64,000 bases of DNA from NCBI GenBank assembly GCA_003208875.1, contig QCUR01000005.1, forward strand, positions 32,001 to 96,000, given 5' to 3'. Shown piece by piece: positions 50,405-61,954 of this stretch (positions are counted from its first letter, which is position 1; each line of letters begins with the position of its first letter). Made by a program: the position numbers and the translations under genes. Under the pieces are notes generated by a model, which was not told the origin of the DNA, ran no database searches, and saw nothing but the letters and a program-made list of their open reading frames with translations. This stretch comes from Prochlorococcus sp. AG-679-M23. Its GTDB lineage: Bacteria > Cyanobacteriota > Cyanobacteriia > PCC-6307 > Cyanobiaceae.

Positions 50405-51349
50405 CTATTCATCTGATAGTGATAATTCTTGAAGTCTGGTATATAAAGCTATTTCCTCATCATTTATGTCAGCAGGAATAACAACCAGGATTTCAACAAA
50501 CTGATCTCCAATATTATCTCCAAAACTCAAGCCTCGACCCTTAAGTCTTAACAATCTTCCAGTTGAAGACTTTGGAGGTACTTGAAGAGTTACATTTCCA
50601 TCAAGAGTAGGAACTTCTACTGCACATCCAAGAAGGGCGTCGGGGGGAAATAACTCTAATTTATAAAGAACACGTAGACCATCTATTCGAAGTCCATTTT
50701 CAGTTTGGACTTTTAATTGTAAATAATGATCTTTTCCACCTTTAGCAATATTTTCTAATCTCAATCTCCAACCATCTCCTGCGAATGGGGGAGTATCAAC
50801 TTCTACAACAGTTTGATCTTCTAATTCTATTAATACAGAAGCCCCACTAAGTGCTTCATCCGGGGTTAATTCGATAATAGTTTCGATATCTTGATAAAGT
50901 TTTACGGGTGGTGGTTCTTCTGGAGATCTTGCTGGATAGTCGTAACTATTAAACTCTTCTTCATTAAATATTTCATCAGGCTTTTCATCTTCATAAAAAT
51001 CAGAAGATTTGTCATCATAGCTTTCGTTATCTAATTCAGATTCGTATTCAAATCCAAATAGAGAATTGAGATAATCTTTAAATTCAGGAAAACCTGTCCT
51101 GTAGTTTTTAAAATTTTCTTCATTAGAGGCATTAGAATCTTTAGATTTAACTCGTCTGGCAGGATCACGTAAGAATTCGTAAGCTTCATTAATTAATTTA
51201 AATCTATCCTCAGCATTGATATCATTTTTATTTAAATCGGGATGCCATTTTCTTGCTTCTCTACGAAAAGCTTTTTTAAGTTCAATTTCGTCGAATTCAG
51301 AGGATAAACCTAAAATCGACAAATAGTCTTTTTTAGAGGAAGTAGTCAT
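50405..51349 (-). CDS. dnaJ: DnaJ-class co-chaperone (J-domain + DnaJ_C)
   Basis: DYLSILG..KKAFRR.ARKWHPDLN..FKLINEAY; C-terminal VPTLDG, LRLKGRG; start 51349 preferred. Confidence 0.92.
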   Translation of the reverse strand: MTTSSKKDYLSILGLSSEFDEIELKKAFRREARKWHPDLNKNDINAEDRFKLINEAYEFLRDPARRVKSKDSNASNEENFKNYRTGFPEFKDYLNSLFGFEYESELDNESYDDKSSDFYEDEKPDEIFNEEEFNSYDYPARSPEEPPPVKLYQDIETIIELTPDEALSGASVLIELEDQTVVEVDTPPFAGDGWRLRLENIAKGGKDHYLQLKVQTENGLRIDGLRVLYKLELFPPDALLGCAVEVPTLDGNVTLQVPPKSSTGRLLRLKGRGLSFGDNIGDQFVEILVVIPADINDEEIALYTRLQELSLSDE

Positions 51350-53330
51350 TGTCCCATGGATCGTCATCCCTAGAGTTACCATACCTTGAATTCCTAGAAT
51401 TACTATTCATTTGATTGTCCCAAGGATCATCATCCCAGTAATCATCTGAAAATAATTCATCTTTTAAAGAGCCAAAGGTATTTTTAATTCCTTGTAGAGG
51501 ATTACTATCAACTTTCTTCTCAGCAGCAAATTTTCTATTTAAGCCAAAAAGGGCTTCTTGCAATGAACTTACAGAAATTTCTAATTCTTGAGGATCATCA
51601 TCATCTATAAATTCTTCAACATCCTGAATTGCAAGCTCTACCGCCCTCTGTTGTCGCTCTGCTCCATATGGTCCAAATTCTAATGAAGCGTCTCTTAATC
51701 TTCTTTCGGCTTGAGCAATTAGTGTAAGTGCATTATTTTTCCTATCAATTACTGATCTTTTCATCCTATCTTCTGTTGCTTTTGACTTGGCTTCAGCGAT
51801 CATCATATTAATTTCTTGTTCATTTAAATTCGAACCTCCAGAAATACTTACTGTTTGTTTTCTACCTGTAGTTCTATCAGTCGCACTGACTTCTAACAAT
51901 CCATTTGCGTCAATATCGAAAGCAACTTGTACTTGGGGAATCCCTCTAGGTGCGGGAGGTATACCTGACAATCTAAATTTTCCTAATGATTTGTTTTCTG
52001 AAGCCAGTGGTCTCTCGCCTTGTCTAACTTGCACAACTACTGACGATTGATTAGATTCCGAAGTACTAAAAACATCTGATTGCCTTACTGGTATTGGGGT
52101 ATTACGTGGAATAAGAACCTTCATAAGTCCTCCAATAGTTTCTAATCCTAAGGATAAAGGAGTTACATCATTTAAAAGTAAATCACGTAAATCTCCACTA
52201 ATTATTCCAGATTGTATTGCAGCACCAATTGCAACAACTTCATCAGGGTTTACAGATTGACATGGCTCATTAGGAACAAGAGTTTTAACTAATTGTTGAA
52301 CCATTGGTATACGAGTACTTCCACCAACAAGGACGACTTCATCAATTTCTTCAGCATCCCAACCAGAATCTTCTAAAGCAATTTGAACAGGTTCAAGCAA
52401 TCTATCGAGAAGATCATCAGATAACGATTCAAATAATTTCCTATCGAATTCCTCTTCAATATGTAATGGTCCAGCTTCACTTGTAGTTATAAAAGGTAAG
52501 GAAATTTTAGTTTTTTGTAGTCCTGACAATTCACATTTAGCCTTCTCAGCAGCTTCTGTAAGTCTTTGAAGAGCTTGCCTATCTCGTCTTAAATCAATCT
52601 TATGTTTCTCAAGAAATCGTTCAGCAATCCAATCTACTATTTTGGAATCAAAATTATTACCTCCAAGTTGAGTATCTCCACAGGTCGCTTTTACATCAAA
52701 AACACCATTAGATATCCTTAACAAAGAAACATCAAAAGTCCCTCCACCTAAATCAAAAACTAGTACGTTATTGGAAGAGCTTTTTTCAAAACCATAGGCT
52801 AATGCCGCTGCTGTTGGTTCATTTAAAATTCTATCAACTTTTATCCCAGCTAACACGGCAGAATCCTTTGTAGCTTGCCTCTGAGACTCGTTAAAATAGG
52901 CAGGTACAGTAATTACGGCAGAATCAATCGTATCTCCTAAATAAGTTTCTGCATCATTAATTAATTTTCTTATTATCGAACTTATTAACTCTTCAGGGGC
53001 ATACTCTCGCTCTGTAAATGGACTTAGAATTCTAACACTACCTCTATCATTAGATTTAACATTATACGGAACAGAAATACTTGTTTCATCAAGTTCATCC
53101 CAATCTCGTCCGATGAATCTTTTTAAGTTATAAAATGTATTTTTAGGATTTAAAACAAGTTGCCTTCGAGCCTGATCACCAATAACAATTTCGGAGTTTT
53201 TAGTGAATCCAACTATCGAAGGGGTTGTTCTTGTACCCTCTGAATTTGCAATTACAACGGGGCGGCCAGCCTCTATAACTCCTACAACGGAGTTAGTAGT
53301 ACCTAAATCAATCCCAACTATTTGCCCCAT
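51333..53330 (-). CDS. dnaK: Chaperone DnaK (DnaK3-type, acidic/Trp tail)
   Basis: GIDLGTTNS, DLGGGTFD, LVGGSTRIP; tail DDYWDDDPWD...DDDPWDNDYFL. Confidence 0.98.
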   Translation of the reverse strand: MGQIVGIDLGTTNSVVGVIEAGRPVVIANSEGTRTTPSIVGFTKNSEIVIGDQARRQLVLNPKNTFYNLKRFIGRDWDELDETSISVPYNVKSNDRGSVRILSPFTEREYAPEELISSIIRKLINDAETYLGDTIDSAVITVPAYFNESQRQATKDSAVLAGIKVDRILNEPTAAALAYGFEKSSSNNVLVFDLGGGTFDVSLLRISNGVFDVKATCGDTQLGGNNFDSKIVDWIAERFLEKHKIDLRRDRQALQRLTEAAEKAKCELSGLQKTKISLPFITTSEAGPLHIEEEFDRKLFESLSDDLLDRLLEPVQIALEDSGWDAEEIDEVVLVGGSTRIPMVQQLVKTLVPNEPCQSVNPDEVVAIGAAIQSGIISGDLRDLLLNDVTPLSLGLETIGGLMKVLIPRNTPIPVRQSDVFSTSESNQSSVVVQVRQGERPLASENKSLGKFRLSGIPPAPRGIPQVQVAFDIDANGLLEVSATDRTTGRKQTVSISGGSNLNEQEINMMIAEAKSKATEDRMKRSVIDRKNNALTLIAQAERRLRDASLEFGPYGAERQQRAVELAIQDVEEFIDDDDPQELEISVSSLQEALFGLNRKFAAEKKVDSNPLQGIKNTFGSLKDELFSDDYWDDDPWDNQMNSNSRNSRYGNSRDDDPWDNDYFL

Positions 53331-53554
53331 AGTATTACTTGATTAATTAAAAGTTATCCTTAACTAATAATTTAATCAATTTAAATTCTCTGTTATCTAC
53401 ATATAATAATAAAAATCTATTAATTTCAACTTTATTTAAATAAATAAAATCATTTACTTATTTTTTTTACTTTTACAAATTACATAAAATTTATAAAGTA
53501 TTGATTAGTTAAAATTCTGATTGTTATTTTATATCTCTATCAATTAAAATAAAA

Positions 53555-53641
53555 CGGAGAGAGAGGGATTCGAACCCTCGATAAAGTTGCCCCTATACAG
53601 CATTTCCAGTGCTGCGCCTTCAACCACTCGGCCACCTCTCC
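53555..53641 (-). tRNA. tRNA-Ser(GGA)
   Basis: Minus strand GGAGAGG...CAGCA-CTGGAAA-TGCTG, long variable arm, GAGGG-TTCGAAT-CCCTC, G73. Confidence 0.96.
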
Positions 53642-53690
53642 TAATATTTATATTTTACCCTTTTTATATACCATTATTGAGGAAAGTTAC

Positions 53691-54065
53691 TTGAAAAAGA
53701 CTTTTAAAGTCACTATTAGGAATAAAGAAACTGGTAAAGTATATCAGGAAAATATTAGTGATAAAGAATATATTTTAAAAGAATTTGAAAAAAAAGGTTT
53801 AAGACTTCCATTTTCCTGCAGGAATGGATGCTGTACAAGTTGTGCGGTAAAAATCATTTCGGGTAAGCTTGAACAACCAGAAGCAATGGGAGTATCCCAA
53901 GATTTAAAAGATAAGGGTTATGCTCTTCTTTGTGTTGCGAAAGTAATAGAAGATATTGAAGTCGAGACTACCTATTATGATGAGGTTTATGATTTACAAT
54001 TTGGCCAATATTTCGGTAAGGGGAAAACGAGGAAAGCTCCTCCCTGGGAATTTGAGGAAGATTAA
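53691..54065 (+). CDS. 2Fe-2S ferredoxin with C-terminal extension (Fed2/FdC2-like)
   Basis: LPFSCRNGCCTSC...LLCVA, DEVY.LQFG.YF. Confidence 0.92.
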   Translation: MKKTFKVTIRNKETGKVYQENISDKEYILKEFEKKGLRLPFSCRNGCCTSCAVKIISGKLEQPEAMGVSQDLKDKGYALLCVAKVIEDIEVETTYYDEVYDLQFGQYFGKGKTRKAPPWEFEED

Positions 54066-54070
54066 TTATT

Positions 54071-54919
54071 ATGTTTGAAATTCAAGAATTTAAAAAAATC
54101 AATTCAGAAATTGATTTAATTTTACTTACTAACATAGCTAAAGAGAGTGCTCTTATAGGTAATGAAATTCTAATTAAAAATTATAAAAAAATTCAAACAA
54201 TCACTTCAAAAGGGAGAAAAGGTGATTTAGTTACCAACGTAGATTTAGAAGTAGAAGAGAAAATCAAGGAGTACTTAACAAGTAAAACTCCCGAAATTTC
54301 TATTCATGCAGAAGAATCAGGAAAATTAATAAAGACTTCGGAATTAACTTGGTGCATTGATCCATTAGATGGAACAACTAACTATTCTCACGGTTATCCA
54401 TTCTTTGGAACTTCAATAGGTCTCTTATATAAAAATAATCCTATCTTAGGTGCTATATCAGTACCATATTTAAACGAACTTTATTCTGCATGCATAGGGA
54501 AAGGTTCATATTGCAATGATAAAAAACTGATGGTATCAGATGCTAATTCTCTTATCGATAGTCTCCTCGTAACAGGTTTTTCATATGATAGGTTTGATAC
54601 TGAAGATAATAATTATGCAGAATTTTGTTACTTAACACATAAAACTAGAGGAGTAAGGAGAGGAGGTGCAGCGGCTGTTGATTTAGCATTTGTTGCCTCA
54701 GGGAAAATAGATGGATATTGGGAAAGAGGTCTAGAAATATGGGATTTAGCTGCTGGTGCTATTATTGTTAAAGAAGCTGGTGGTTCCGTTTCTGATTACC
54801 CTAACGGTGAATTTAATCTTAGCTCTGGAAGAATATTGGCTTGCAGTCCTAGACTTGAAGAAGAGCTAAAAACGGAATTAAGCAAAGTAACTCCTCTAAA
54901 TAAACAACTTTACACTTAA
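54071..54919 (+). CDS. suhB: Inositol monophosphatase family protein
   Basis: WCIDPLDGTTNY, RR.GAAA.DL, WDLAAG. Confidence 0.9.
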   Translation: MFEIQEFKKINSEIDLILLTNIAKESALIGNEILIKNYKKIQTITSKGRKGDLVTNVDLEVEEKIKEYLTSKTPEISIHAEESGKLIKTSELTWCIDPLDGTTNYSHGYPFFGTSIGLLYKNNPILGAISVPYLNELYSACIGKGSYCNDKKLMVSDANSLIDSLLVTGFSYDRFDTEDNNYAEFCYLTHKTRGVRRGGAAAVDLAFVASGKIDGYWERGLEIWDLAAGAIIVKEAGGSVSDYPNGEFNLSSGRILACSPRLEEELKTELSKVTPLNKQLYT

Positions 54920-54940
54920 AAATGAAATTATCGTTTTAAA

Positions 54941-56092
54941 ATGAGTGATATTAAAGAATTTAATTTAATAGATGTAAGGAATAACTCCTCAATTGTTAAT
55001 GATTTAAATGATGTATATAAGTTGTGGGGTTATGAAGAAATTTCACCTTCATTTATTAATGATCTTGAGACAATCAAAGGTAGAGAAGTAATTGATGGGG
55101 ACGAACTTATTGGAATAGTAAGTAATAGTTCATTATGTTTAAGACCAGAAATGACTACATCAATTGTTAAATTAACATCCACAAGATTATTAAATAAGAA
55201 GAGACCAATAAGACTTTTTAATAGTGGTATTGTATTTAATAAAAAGCAAAGTTATAAAAATACTTTTAAATTTCAAGAAAATTTACAAAGCGGTATAGAA
55301 CTAATCAGTTATGACACTCAATACCCTGAGATAGAGGTGATTAATATATTATTTGATGCAATTGATAATATTAATTTAATTGAAAGTTGTAATCTAATTC
55401 TTCTTGTTAGTACAACAAAAATAATGGATTTAATATTATTCAATTATAAAAATAATAATTATGAGGAGATTAAAAAATGCATGGTAAATTTAGATCAAGA
55501 ATCATTAGATAAATTAAATATTGACAACAATGATAAAGCAATACTGAAGGAATTATTATTTACAAGAGGGGAACCTGCAATCATACTCAAAAAGCTTAAA
55601 AATGTTTATGGTAATAATAATGTTATTGAGGAACTTGACTGTTTATTTAATACTTTATCAAAAATTTCAAAAAAATATAATATAAAAATACAACTTGATC
55701 CTACTTATCAACCTCATCTTAATTTATATGCAGGTATAGTTTTTCAACTTATTTGCGATAATAAAAATGTTAAAACCATAATTGCAAAAGGTGGTAGATA
55801 TGACGAATTAGTAAGATATTTTAATCCTAATGAAAAAATAATTAATGGAATTGGATTCACAATCTCTATAGATAATTTAAGAGAATTGATAGTTGAAAAA
55901 TCTCAAACTAAAAAGAAAGTGTTGCTGTTATTTAAAGATTCTTATTTATTAGATAAAGGTATAAATGAGCAAAAAGCATTGCAAAAAAAAGGGATAATTA
56001 CAATATTATATTTGAATCCATGTAATGAAAATTCAAAAGCCAACATTCTTATGAAAGAACATAATTGTACTGAAATTCAATGGATTAAATAA
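54941..56092 (+). CDS. hisZ: ATP phosphoribosyltransferase regulatory subunit
   Basis: LRPEMT, Q.GIEL, Y.G.VF, GGRYD, GF.I HisRS-like fold. Confidence 0.88.
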   Translation: MSDIKEFNLIDVRNNSSIVNDLNDVYKLWGYEEISPSFINDLETIKGREVIDGDELIGIVSNSSLCLRPEMTTSIVKLTSTRLLNKKRPIRLFNSGIVFNKKQSYKNTFKFQENLQSGIELISYDTQYPEIEVINILFDAIDNINLIESCNLILLVSTTKIMDLILFNYKNNNYEEIKKCMVNLDQESLDKLNIDNNDKAILKELLFTRGEPAIILKKLKNVYGNNNVIEELDCLFNTLSKISKKYNIKIQLDPTYQPHLNLYAGIVFQLICDNKNVKTIIAKGGRYDELVRYFNPNEKIINGIGFTISIDNLRELIVEKSQTKKKVLLLFKDSYLLDKGINEQKALQKKGIITILYLNPCNENSKANILMKEHNCTEIQWIK

Positions 56093-56238
56093 TTTTTCCC
56101 TTTGAGATTAATAAAAAAAAATGCAATTTGAATAAGCTACGACAATATAAATATATAGTACGGACAATACTCCTAATTAAACTTGATTACCCTTAAAATA
56201 GGAAATAAAATCTAATAGTTCAAAAAAAAGAAATTAAA

Positions 56239-58143
56239 ATGGAAAAAGGCGAAATTAGAATAAATACCGAAAATATTTTTCCAATAATAAAAAAAGCTGT
56301 ATATTCTGATCACGAAATTTTTTTAAGAGAACTCGTTAGTAATGCTGTAGATGCAATTAGTAAAAGAAGAATGGCCTCAATGGCTGGAGATTGTGAAAAT
56401 TGTGATGAACCTCAAGTAAAAATTACTATTGATAGGGAAAAAAATATCTTAAAAATTTCTGATAATGGTATTGGAATGAATGATGAAGAAATAAAAAAAT
56501 ATATAAACCAAGTTGCTTTTTCTAGTGCTGAAGAGTTTCTAACTAAATATAAAAAAGATAATGACGAATTTATAGGACATTTTGGATTGGGTTTTTATTC
56601 TAGTTTTATGGTCGCAGATAAAGTCAATATTTTAACTAAATCAGCCATAGGTAATAGTAAAACTTTTAATTGGTCATGTGATGGCTCACCTAACTTCACA
56701 TTAGAAGAATCTGAAAGAGATTCAGTCGGAACAGATGTAATCCTTCATTTAATGGATGAAGAAAAAGAATTTATAGAACCAGAGAGAATTAAATCGCTTA
56801 TTAAAAAATATTGTGACTTTATGCCTATAGATGTTCTATTAGAGGGTGAAACAATTAATAAGAAAAATCCTCCATGGAGAAAACAACCTAGTGAACTAAA
56901 GGATGAAGATTATATTGAACTATATAAATATTTATATCCTTTTCAAGGAGATCCTCTTTTATGGATTCATTTAAACACAGATTATCCATACGACATTCAA
57001 GGTATTTTGTATTTTCCTAAATTATCTGGAAGAGCCGATTGGGAAAAAGGCGAAATAAAACTATTTTGCAACCAAGTATTTGTAAGTGACTCAATAAAGG
57101 AAATTGTACCTAAATATCTATTACCCTTGAGAGGTGTAATTGACTCTACAGATATACCATTAAATGTAAGTAGAAGTGCATTGCAAACTGATAGAAAAGT
57201 CAGATCAATTTCATCATTCATTTCCAAAAAAATTGCTAATAAGTTAAAAGATTTATTAAAAAATACTCCTGAATTTTATACAGAGATTTGGGATTCAATA
57301 TCTGCCTTTATTAAGATTGGTGCTATCGAAGACGAAAAGTTTGCTGAACTTGTAGAAAATAGTATTATTTTTGAAACAATTATAAATTCTGATAAGGACG
57401 TAAAAAAATATCTCGACGATAAATCTCTTATAAAATCTAAAGAAAAGTTTTACACAACATTATCAAATTATAAGGAGAGAAATAACATAGTCGATTCCAA
57501 AAAAATTATTTATTGTTCTGATGTAATTGGTCAATCTAGTGCTTTAAATATTTGTTTATCTGACAACAAAGAAGTAATCAAATCTGATCCTTTAATAGAT
57601 GCACAATTTCTTCCATGGATAGAAAGTAAAAATGAAAATTATCAATTTCAAAGAGTTGATTCTGAAATAAATGAGCTTGAAGATAAAGAATCAAAAGAAA
57701 TAGTTGATAAAGATGGCAAATCAAACACAGATAATCTAAAGGATATTATTTCTAAAGCTTTAAATAACGATAAAGTAACAGTAAAAGTTCAATCTCTTAA
57801 AAGTAAAGATGCTCCTCCAGCAATGATATTGTTACCTGAACAAATGAGAAGAATAAACGATATGGGGGCATATATGGAACAAAAAATGCCTGGTTTACCT
57901 GAATATCATGTCCTATTAATAAATAAAGAACATCCACTCATTGCAGGATTAAATAAAATAACTGGTAATAAAATTATTCTTGATAAAAACGACCCAGTTG
58001 AAAATCCATTAGCATCAAAAATTGCTAATCATGTTTATGACATGGCGAAATTAAGTGTAGGAGGATTAGATCAAGAACAAATTATAAATTTGCAAAATAA
58101 TAATGCCGATTTAATTTCAGATTTACTTAAAACATCAACATAA
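56239..58143 (+). CDS. htpG: Chaperone HtpG (Hsp90)
   Basis: EIFLRELVSNA.DA, DNGIGM, IGHFGLGFYS, PLNVSR. Confidence 0.98.
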   Translation: MEKGEIRINTENIFPIIKKAVYSDHEIFLRELVSNAVDAISKRRMASMAGDCENCDEPQVKITIDREKNILKISDNGIGMNDEEIKKYINQVAFSSAEEFLTKYKKDNDEFIGHFGLGFYSSFMVADKVNILTKSAIGNSKTFNWSCDGSPNFTLEESERDSVGTDVILHLMDEEKEFIEPERIKSLIKKYCDFMPIDVLLEGETINKKNPPWRKQPSELKDEDYIELYKYLYPFQGDPLLWIHLNTDYPYDIQGILYFPKLSGRADWEKGEIKLFCNQVFVSDSIKEIVPKYLLPLRGVIDSTDIPLNVSRSALQTDRKVRSISSFISKKIANKLKDLLKNTPEFYTEIWDSISAFIKIGAIEDEKFAELVENSIIFETIINSDKDVKKYLDDKSLIKSKEKFYTTLSNYKERNNIVDSKKIIYCSDVIGQSSALNICLSDNKEVIKSDPLIDAQFLPWIESKNENYQFQRVDSEINELEDKESKEIVDKDGKSNTDNLKDIISKALNNDKVTVKVQSLKSKDAPPAMILLPEQMRRINDMGAYMEQKMPGLPEYHVLLINKEHPLIAGLNKITGNKIILDKNDPVENPLASKIANHVYDMAKLSVGGLDQEQIINLQNNNADLISDLLKTST

Positions 58144-58182
58144 GTAGTGTGTTAGAGTTGATGCATATATTCACTAAATGAT

Positions 58183-58419
58183 ATGTCTAGGGTTTGTGAG
58201 CTGACAGGCGCAAAAGCTAATAATGGAATGGCTGTTAGTCATTCGCATATACGTACTAAGAAATTACAACAAGTAAATCTTCAAAAAAGGAGGCTTTGGT
58301 GGCAAGAAGGTAAAAAGTGGGTAAACATAAAAATTAGTACTAAGGCATTAAAATCAATACAAAAGGTTGGTTTAGATAAGGTTGCCAAAACAAATGGAGT
58401 GGATCTAAATAAGTTCTGA
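58183..58419 (+). CDS. rpmB: 50S ribosomal protein L28
   Basis: MSRVCELTG...VSHSH.RTK. Confidence 0.97.
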
Positions 58420-58421
58420 TT

Positions 58422-58958
58422 TTGATGAAGAGTTTATTTGGCCTTTTTGTAATATTAATATCATTATTATTTAATCTTAAATCTGCAATTGCTTTTGATT
58501 ATGCTCCCGAGATAGGAGATTTAGCTCCTAGTTTCAATTTAGAGGGAATAAACAAAAGTATTAAATCGAAAAAAATATGGGATTCGAATGAATTAAAAGG
58601 TAAATGGATAGTTTTGTATTTTTATCCTAAGGACTTTACTGCTGGTTGTACTCTAGAAGCAAAAGGATTTTCTCAATTAAAAAAAGACTTTTCTAAATAT
58701 AATGCTGAAATAATTGGAATAAGTGCGGACAATCAAGATTCTCACGACAGTTTTTGCAGTGAAAAATCAATAAATTACACATTATTATCTGACCCCAATG
58801 GAACTATTAGTGCAAAATATGGTTCCTGGATCCCTCCTTATTCCGATAGAAATACTTTTTTGATATCACCAGAAGGAGCAATAGCATACCGATGGATAAG
58901 TGTATTACCCATAAATCATGCTAAAGAAGTTCTTAATGTTTTAAAGAAAAATATATAG
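58422..58958 (+). CDS. Peroxiredoxin Q/BCP with signal peptide
   Basis: YFYPKDFTAGCTLEA; N-terminal hydrophobic leader. Confidence 0.92.
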   Translation: MMKSLFGLFVILISLLFNLKSAIAFDYAPEIGDLAPSFNLEGINKSIKSKKIWDSNELKGKWIVLYFYPKDFTAGCTLEAKGFSQLKKDFSKYNAEIIGISADNQDSHDSFCSEKSINYTLLSDPNGTISAKYGSWIPPYSDRNTFLISPEGAIAYRWISVLPINHAKEVLNVLKKNI

Positions 58959-58963
58959 ATACT

Positions 58964-59266
58964 TTGCACGAACTTTCATTTAGTACATGGTTAATTCATA
59001 TCAGCTCAGTAATAGAGTGGATTTATGCAATTTTTATAATAAACAAAATAAGTAACTTTAAAAAACTAGAGCTTTATTACTGGTTAAGTCTCGCAATGAT
59101 ACCTAATTTAATTGGAGCCATGTGTGCAATTACTTGGCATATTTTTGATAATCAACCAGAATTATATGGGTTAGTTACACTTCAAGGGATTTTCACTTTT
59201 CTAGGGAACTCAACATTAGCAATAGCAACTATTGCAATTTATAAGAGAAAAGTGTCCTATGAATGA
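58964..59266 (+). CDS. DUF2499 (Ycf49-like) membrane protein
   Basis: LS..TW.IH.SSV.EW, AMCA.TWH.F.N. Confidence 0.85.
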   Translation: MHELSFSTWLIHISSVIEWIYAIFIINKISNFKKLELYYWLSLAMIPNLIGAMCAITWHIFDNQPELYGLVTLQGIFTFLGNSTLAIATIAIYKRKVSYE

Positions 59267-59594
59267 TTTTTTTTTAAGATTTCTAAATTTCTTATCAAGA
59301 TTTGATAATACAGCCTTATTTGCAGCATCTATAATTCCATATTCGATTTTCTTATATTATTTGTACAAGATGAAGTCATTAAATAAATTAATCAAAATTG
59401 GGTTTTCTTTGACTGTATTATTTGTATTTATAACAATAGTAATTTCAATATTTTCTCTTAGTTACTATCACAGAAATCTTGTAGAAGTTGACTTTCTTCA
59501 TGGATCAGCAGAATTTTTCTTAACCTTAAGCGATTTTGTTATTTTACTTGGCTTTATAAAAATGTTAAATCGTCTAGAAGTAAATAACTCTTAA
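59259..59594 (+). CDS. DUF3593 membrane protein
   Basis: LFA.S..PY..FL, GF..T..FV..TI, VD.LHG.AE..L; ATG 59259 preferred. Confidence 0.85.
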   Translation: MNDFFLRFLNFLSRFDNTALFAASIIPYSIFLYYLYKMKSLNKLIKIGFSLTVLFVFITIVISIFSLSYYHRNLVEVDFLHGSAEFFLTLSDFVILLGFIKMLNRLEVNNS

Positions 59595-59659
59595 GACCTT
59601 TTACAATTATGTGATTTATTGCTCGAAATAAAGGAGAATATAAAAAATAACGTTTTTTT

Positions 59660-59923
59660 ATGCTTACTACATTATTTGCAGCAGCGGCTGCTCCCGCAAC
59701 ATTTGAATGGTCACCAAAATGCGCCATTGTAATGATTGTATGTAATGTTTTTGCTTATGCAATTGCAAGAGCCACAATAAGAAAACCTAATGAAGGTTTT
59801 GAAATTCCTAATTCACAATTCTTTGGTGGTTTAAGTCATGCTTCTGTCGTAGGAGCTAATTGCTTAGGACATATCTTCGGAATAGGTGCAATTCTAGGAT
59901 TAGCATCTAGAGGTGTTTTGTAA
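59660..59923 (+). CDS. psaK: Photosystem I subunit PsaK
   Basis: WSPK.AIVM..CN, GH..G.G.ILGL...G.L. Confidence 0.93.
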   Translation: MLTTLFAAAAAPATFEWSPKCAIVMIVCNVFAYAIARATIRKPNEGFEIPNSQFFGGLSHASVVGANCLGHIFGIGAILGLASRGVL

Positions 59924-59948
59924 AATTATTTCACAGTAATTTTAGAAT

Positions 59949-61838
59949 TTAATTTGATAAATTAAATTTGTTAATAATTTTTTCTGCCATCTGATCAGGT
60001 TTAAGTCCTAATTTTTCTTTACTCTGGTCAGGTGATGCATGATCTACAAGTACATCAGGAATACCAATTCTTAAAACTGGTACATTTATTTCATTGTCGT
60101 TTAACATTTCAACAATAGCCGAGCCAAAACCCCCAACTAATGTACCTTCTTCCATTGTTACTACCTTTTTAATTTTATTTACTAGCGGTATTATTAAATC
60201 TTGATCAAGAGGTCTAACAAATCTTGCATTAACAATACAAGCACTAATACCTCTGTTCTTTAGTAAGTTTGCAGTTTCAGTAGCGGCTTGAACCATTGAA
60301 CCATAAGCAATAATTAAAACATCATCACCATCTTCTAATATTTCACCTTCACCAATCTTCAATGGCTCCCATCCCTCATCCATTACTGCCACACCTAATC
60401 CTGAACCTCTTGGAATGCGAAGTGCTGTTGGTCCCTTGTGATTAATAGATGTAATTAACATTCTTTGTAGTTCAGCTTCATCTTTAGGAGCCATTAAAAC
60501 AAAATTAGGAATCGCTCTCATATAGCTAATATCATATTGCCCCTGATGAGTTGGACCATCGGCACCAACAATTCCTGCTCTATCTAAAACAAAAGATACA
60601 GGTAGATTCTGAATACCTACATCATGTATTAGCTGATCAAAAGCGCGCTGCAAAAATGTACTGTAAATAGCAACAACAGGTTTAAGACCATCACAAGACA
60701 TTCCAGCTGCTAATGTAACTGCATGTTGTTCAGCTATTCCTACATCAATATATTGTTCTGGAATATTTTTTTGTAATAAATCTAGTCCAGTTCCAGTAGC
60801 CATTGCTGCTGTAATGCCTATAACTTTACTATCTTGCTCGCAAATTTTTAAAAGCGTTTGACCAAATATTTTACTATAACTAACTGGTTTGGGCTTACTT
60901 GAAGGAATTGATTTACCAGTCGTAAGATCAAAAGATGATTGGGCGTGATAACCCACTTGATCTGCTTCTGCATATGGATATCCCTTGCCTTTAGTTGTAA
61001 CAACATGAACCATAACAGGTTTTTTAAGTCTATGCGCAGCATTGAATGTATTTATAAGATTAGAAATATCATGTCCATCAATTGGTCCCATATAGGTAAA
61101 ACCAAGCTCTTCAAAAACTGCTCCTACCTTTGGTACAGCTAAACGTCTAACACTTCCTTTTATATTTTTTAAATCTTCAGGTATATCTCTACCTATGAGA
61201 GGAATATTTTTTACACTTTCTTGAACACTATCTGATAAAAATTGTAATGGTGGACTTAATCGCACTCTATTTAAATATGTTGAAAGAGCTCCAACAGGTG
61301 GCGATATTGACATGTCATTATCATTCAGAACAACAACTAAGGGAGTATGTGGTAAATGTCCCGCATGATTTATCGCTTCTAAAGCCATTCCACCCGTTAA
61401 TGCTCCATCACCTATAACTGCAACGCATTTATAATCCTCCCCTTTTCTATCTCTGGCAATTGCCATTCCCAGCGCAGCTGATATTGATGTACTTGCGTGA
61501 CCTGCTCCAAAATGATCAAATATACTTTCAGTACGTTTTAGATAACCAGCTATGCCCTTTTGTTGACGTAAAGAATCAAACTCATTGAAACGTCCAGTAA
61601 TTAACTTATGAGGATAAGCCTGATGACCAACGTCCCATACAACCTTATCAAAATCAAGATCTAATGTTTGATATAAAGCAAGTGTTAATTCAACTACCCC
61701 TAGTCCAGGACCTAGATGACCTCCACTTGTTGAAACTACCTCCAAATGTCTCTCTCTAATCTGACAAGCAATTTCCTCTAATTGTGATACCGTTAAACCA
61801 TGTAATTGATTTGGATGGCTTAACTCACTTAAAAGCAT
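59949..61838 (-). CDS. dxs: 1-deoxy-D-xylulose-5-phosphate synthase
   Basis: [39 protein letters not shown]. Confidence 0.98.
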   Translation of the reverse strand: MLLSELSHPNQLHGLTVSQLEEIACQIRERHLEVVSTSGGHLGPGLGVVELTLALYQTLDLDFDKVVWDVGHQAYPHKLITGRFNEFDSLRQQKGIAGYLKRTESIFDHFGAGHASTSISAALGMAIARDRKGEDYKCVAVIGDGALTGGMALEAINHAGHLPHTPLVVVLNDNDMSISPPVGALSTYLNRVRLSPPLQFLSDSVQESVKNIPLIGRDIPEDLKNIKGSVRRLAVPKVGAVFEELGFTYMGPIDGHDISNLINTFNAAHRLKKPVMVHVVTTKGKGYPYAEADQVGYHAQSSFDLTTGKSIPSSKPKPVSYSKIFGQTLLKICEQDSKVIGITAAMATGTGLDLLQKNIPEQYIDVGIAEQHAVTLAAGMSCDGLKPVVAIYSTFLQRAFDQLIHDVGIQNLPVSFVLDRAGIVGADGPTHQGQYDISYMRAIPNFVLMAPKDEAELQRMLITSINHKGPTALRIPRGSGLGVAVMDEGWEPLKIGEGEILEDGDDVLIIAYGSMVQAATETANLLKNRGISACIVNARFVRPLDQDLIIPLVNKIKKVVTMEEGTLVGGFGSAIVEMLNDNEINVPVLRIGIPDVLVDHASPDQSKEKLGLKPDQMAEKIINKFNLSN

Positions 61839-61954
61839 TATTTAAAAATATTTACTTATCTAATCTAAAACGTTAAGGTGCAAATTGAGTAATTTTTTTG
61901 AAATAGATTATGTAATGTTTTATTAGATTAATATTTAATGCTAAAAATATAAAT

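Noticed and set aside
496..61142. Many 60-174 aa track ORFs overlapping core genes (e.g. 496-783, 3167-3691, 11194-11415, 18546-18791, 40672-40935, 51787-52050, 60848-61142)
   Set aside because: Antisense or off-frame shadows of well-supported genes, with no motifs.
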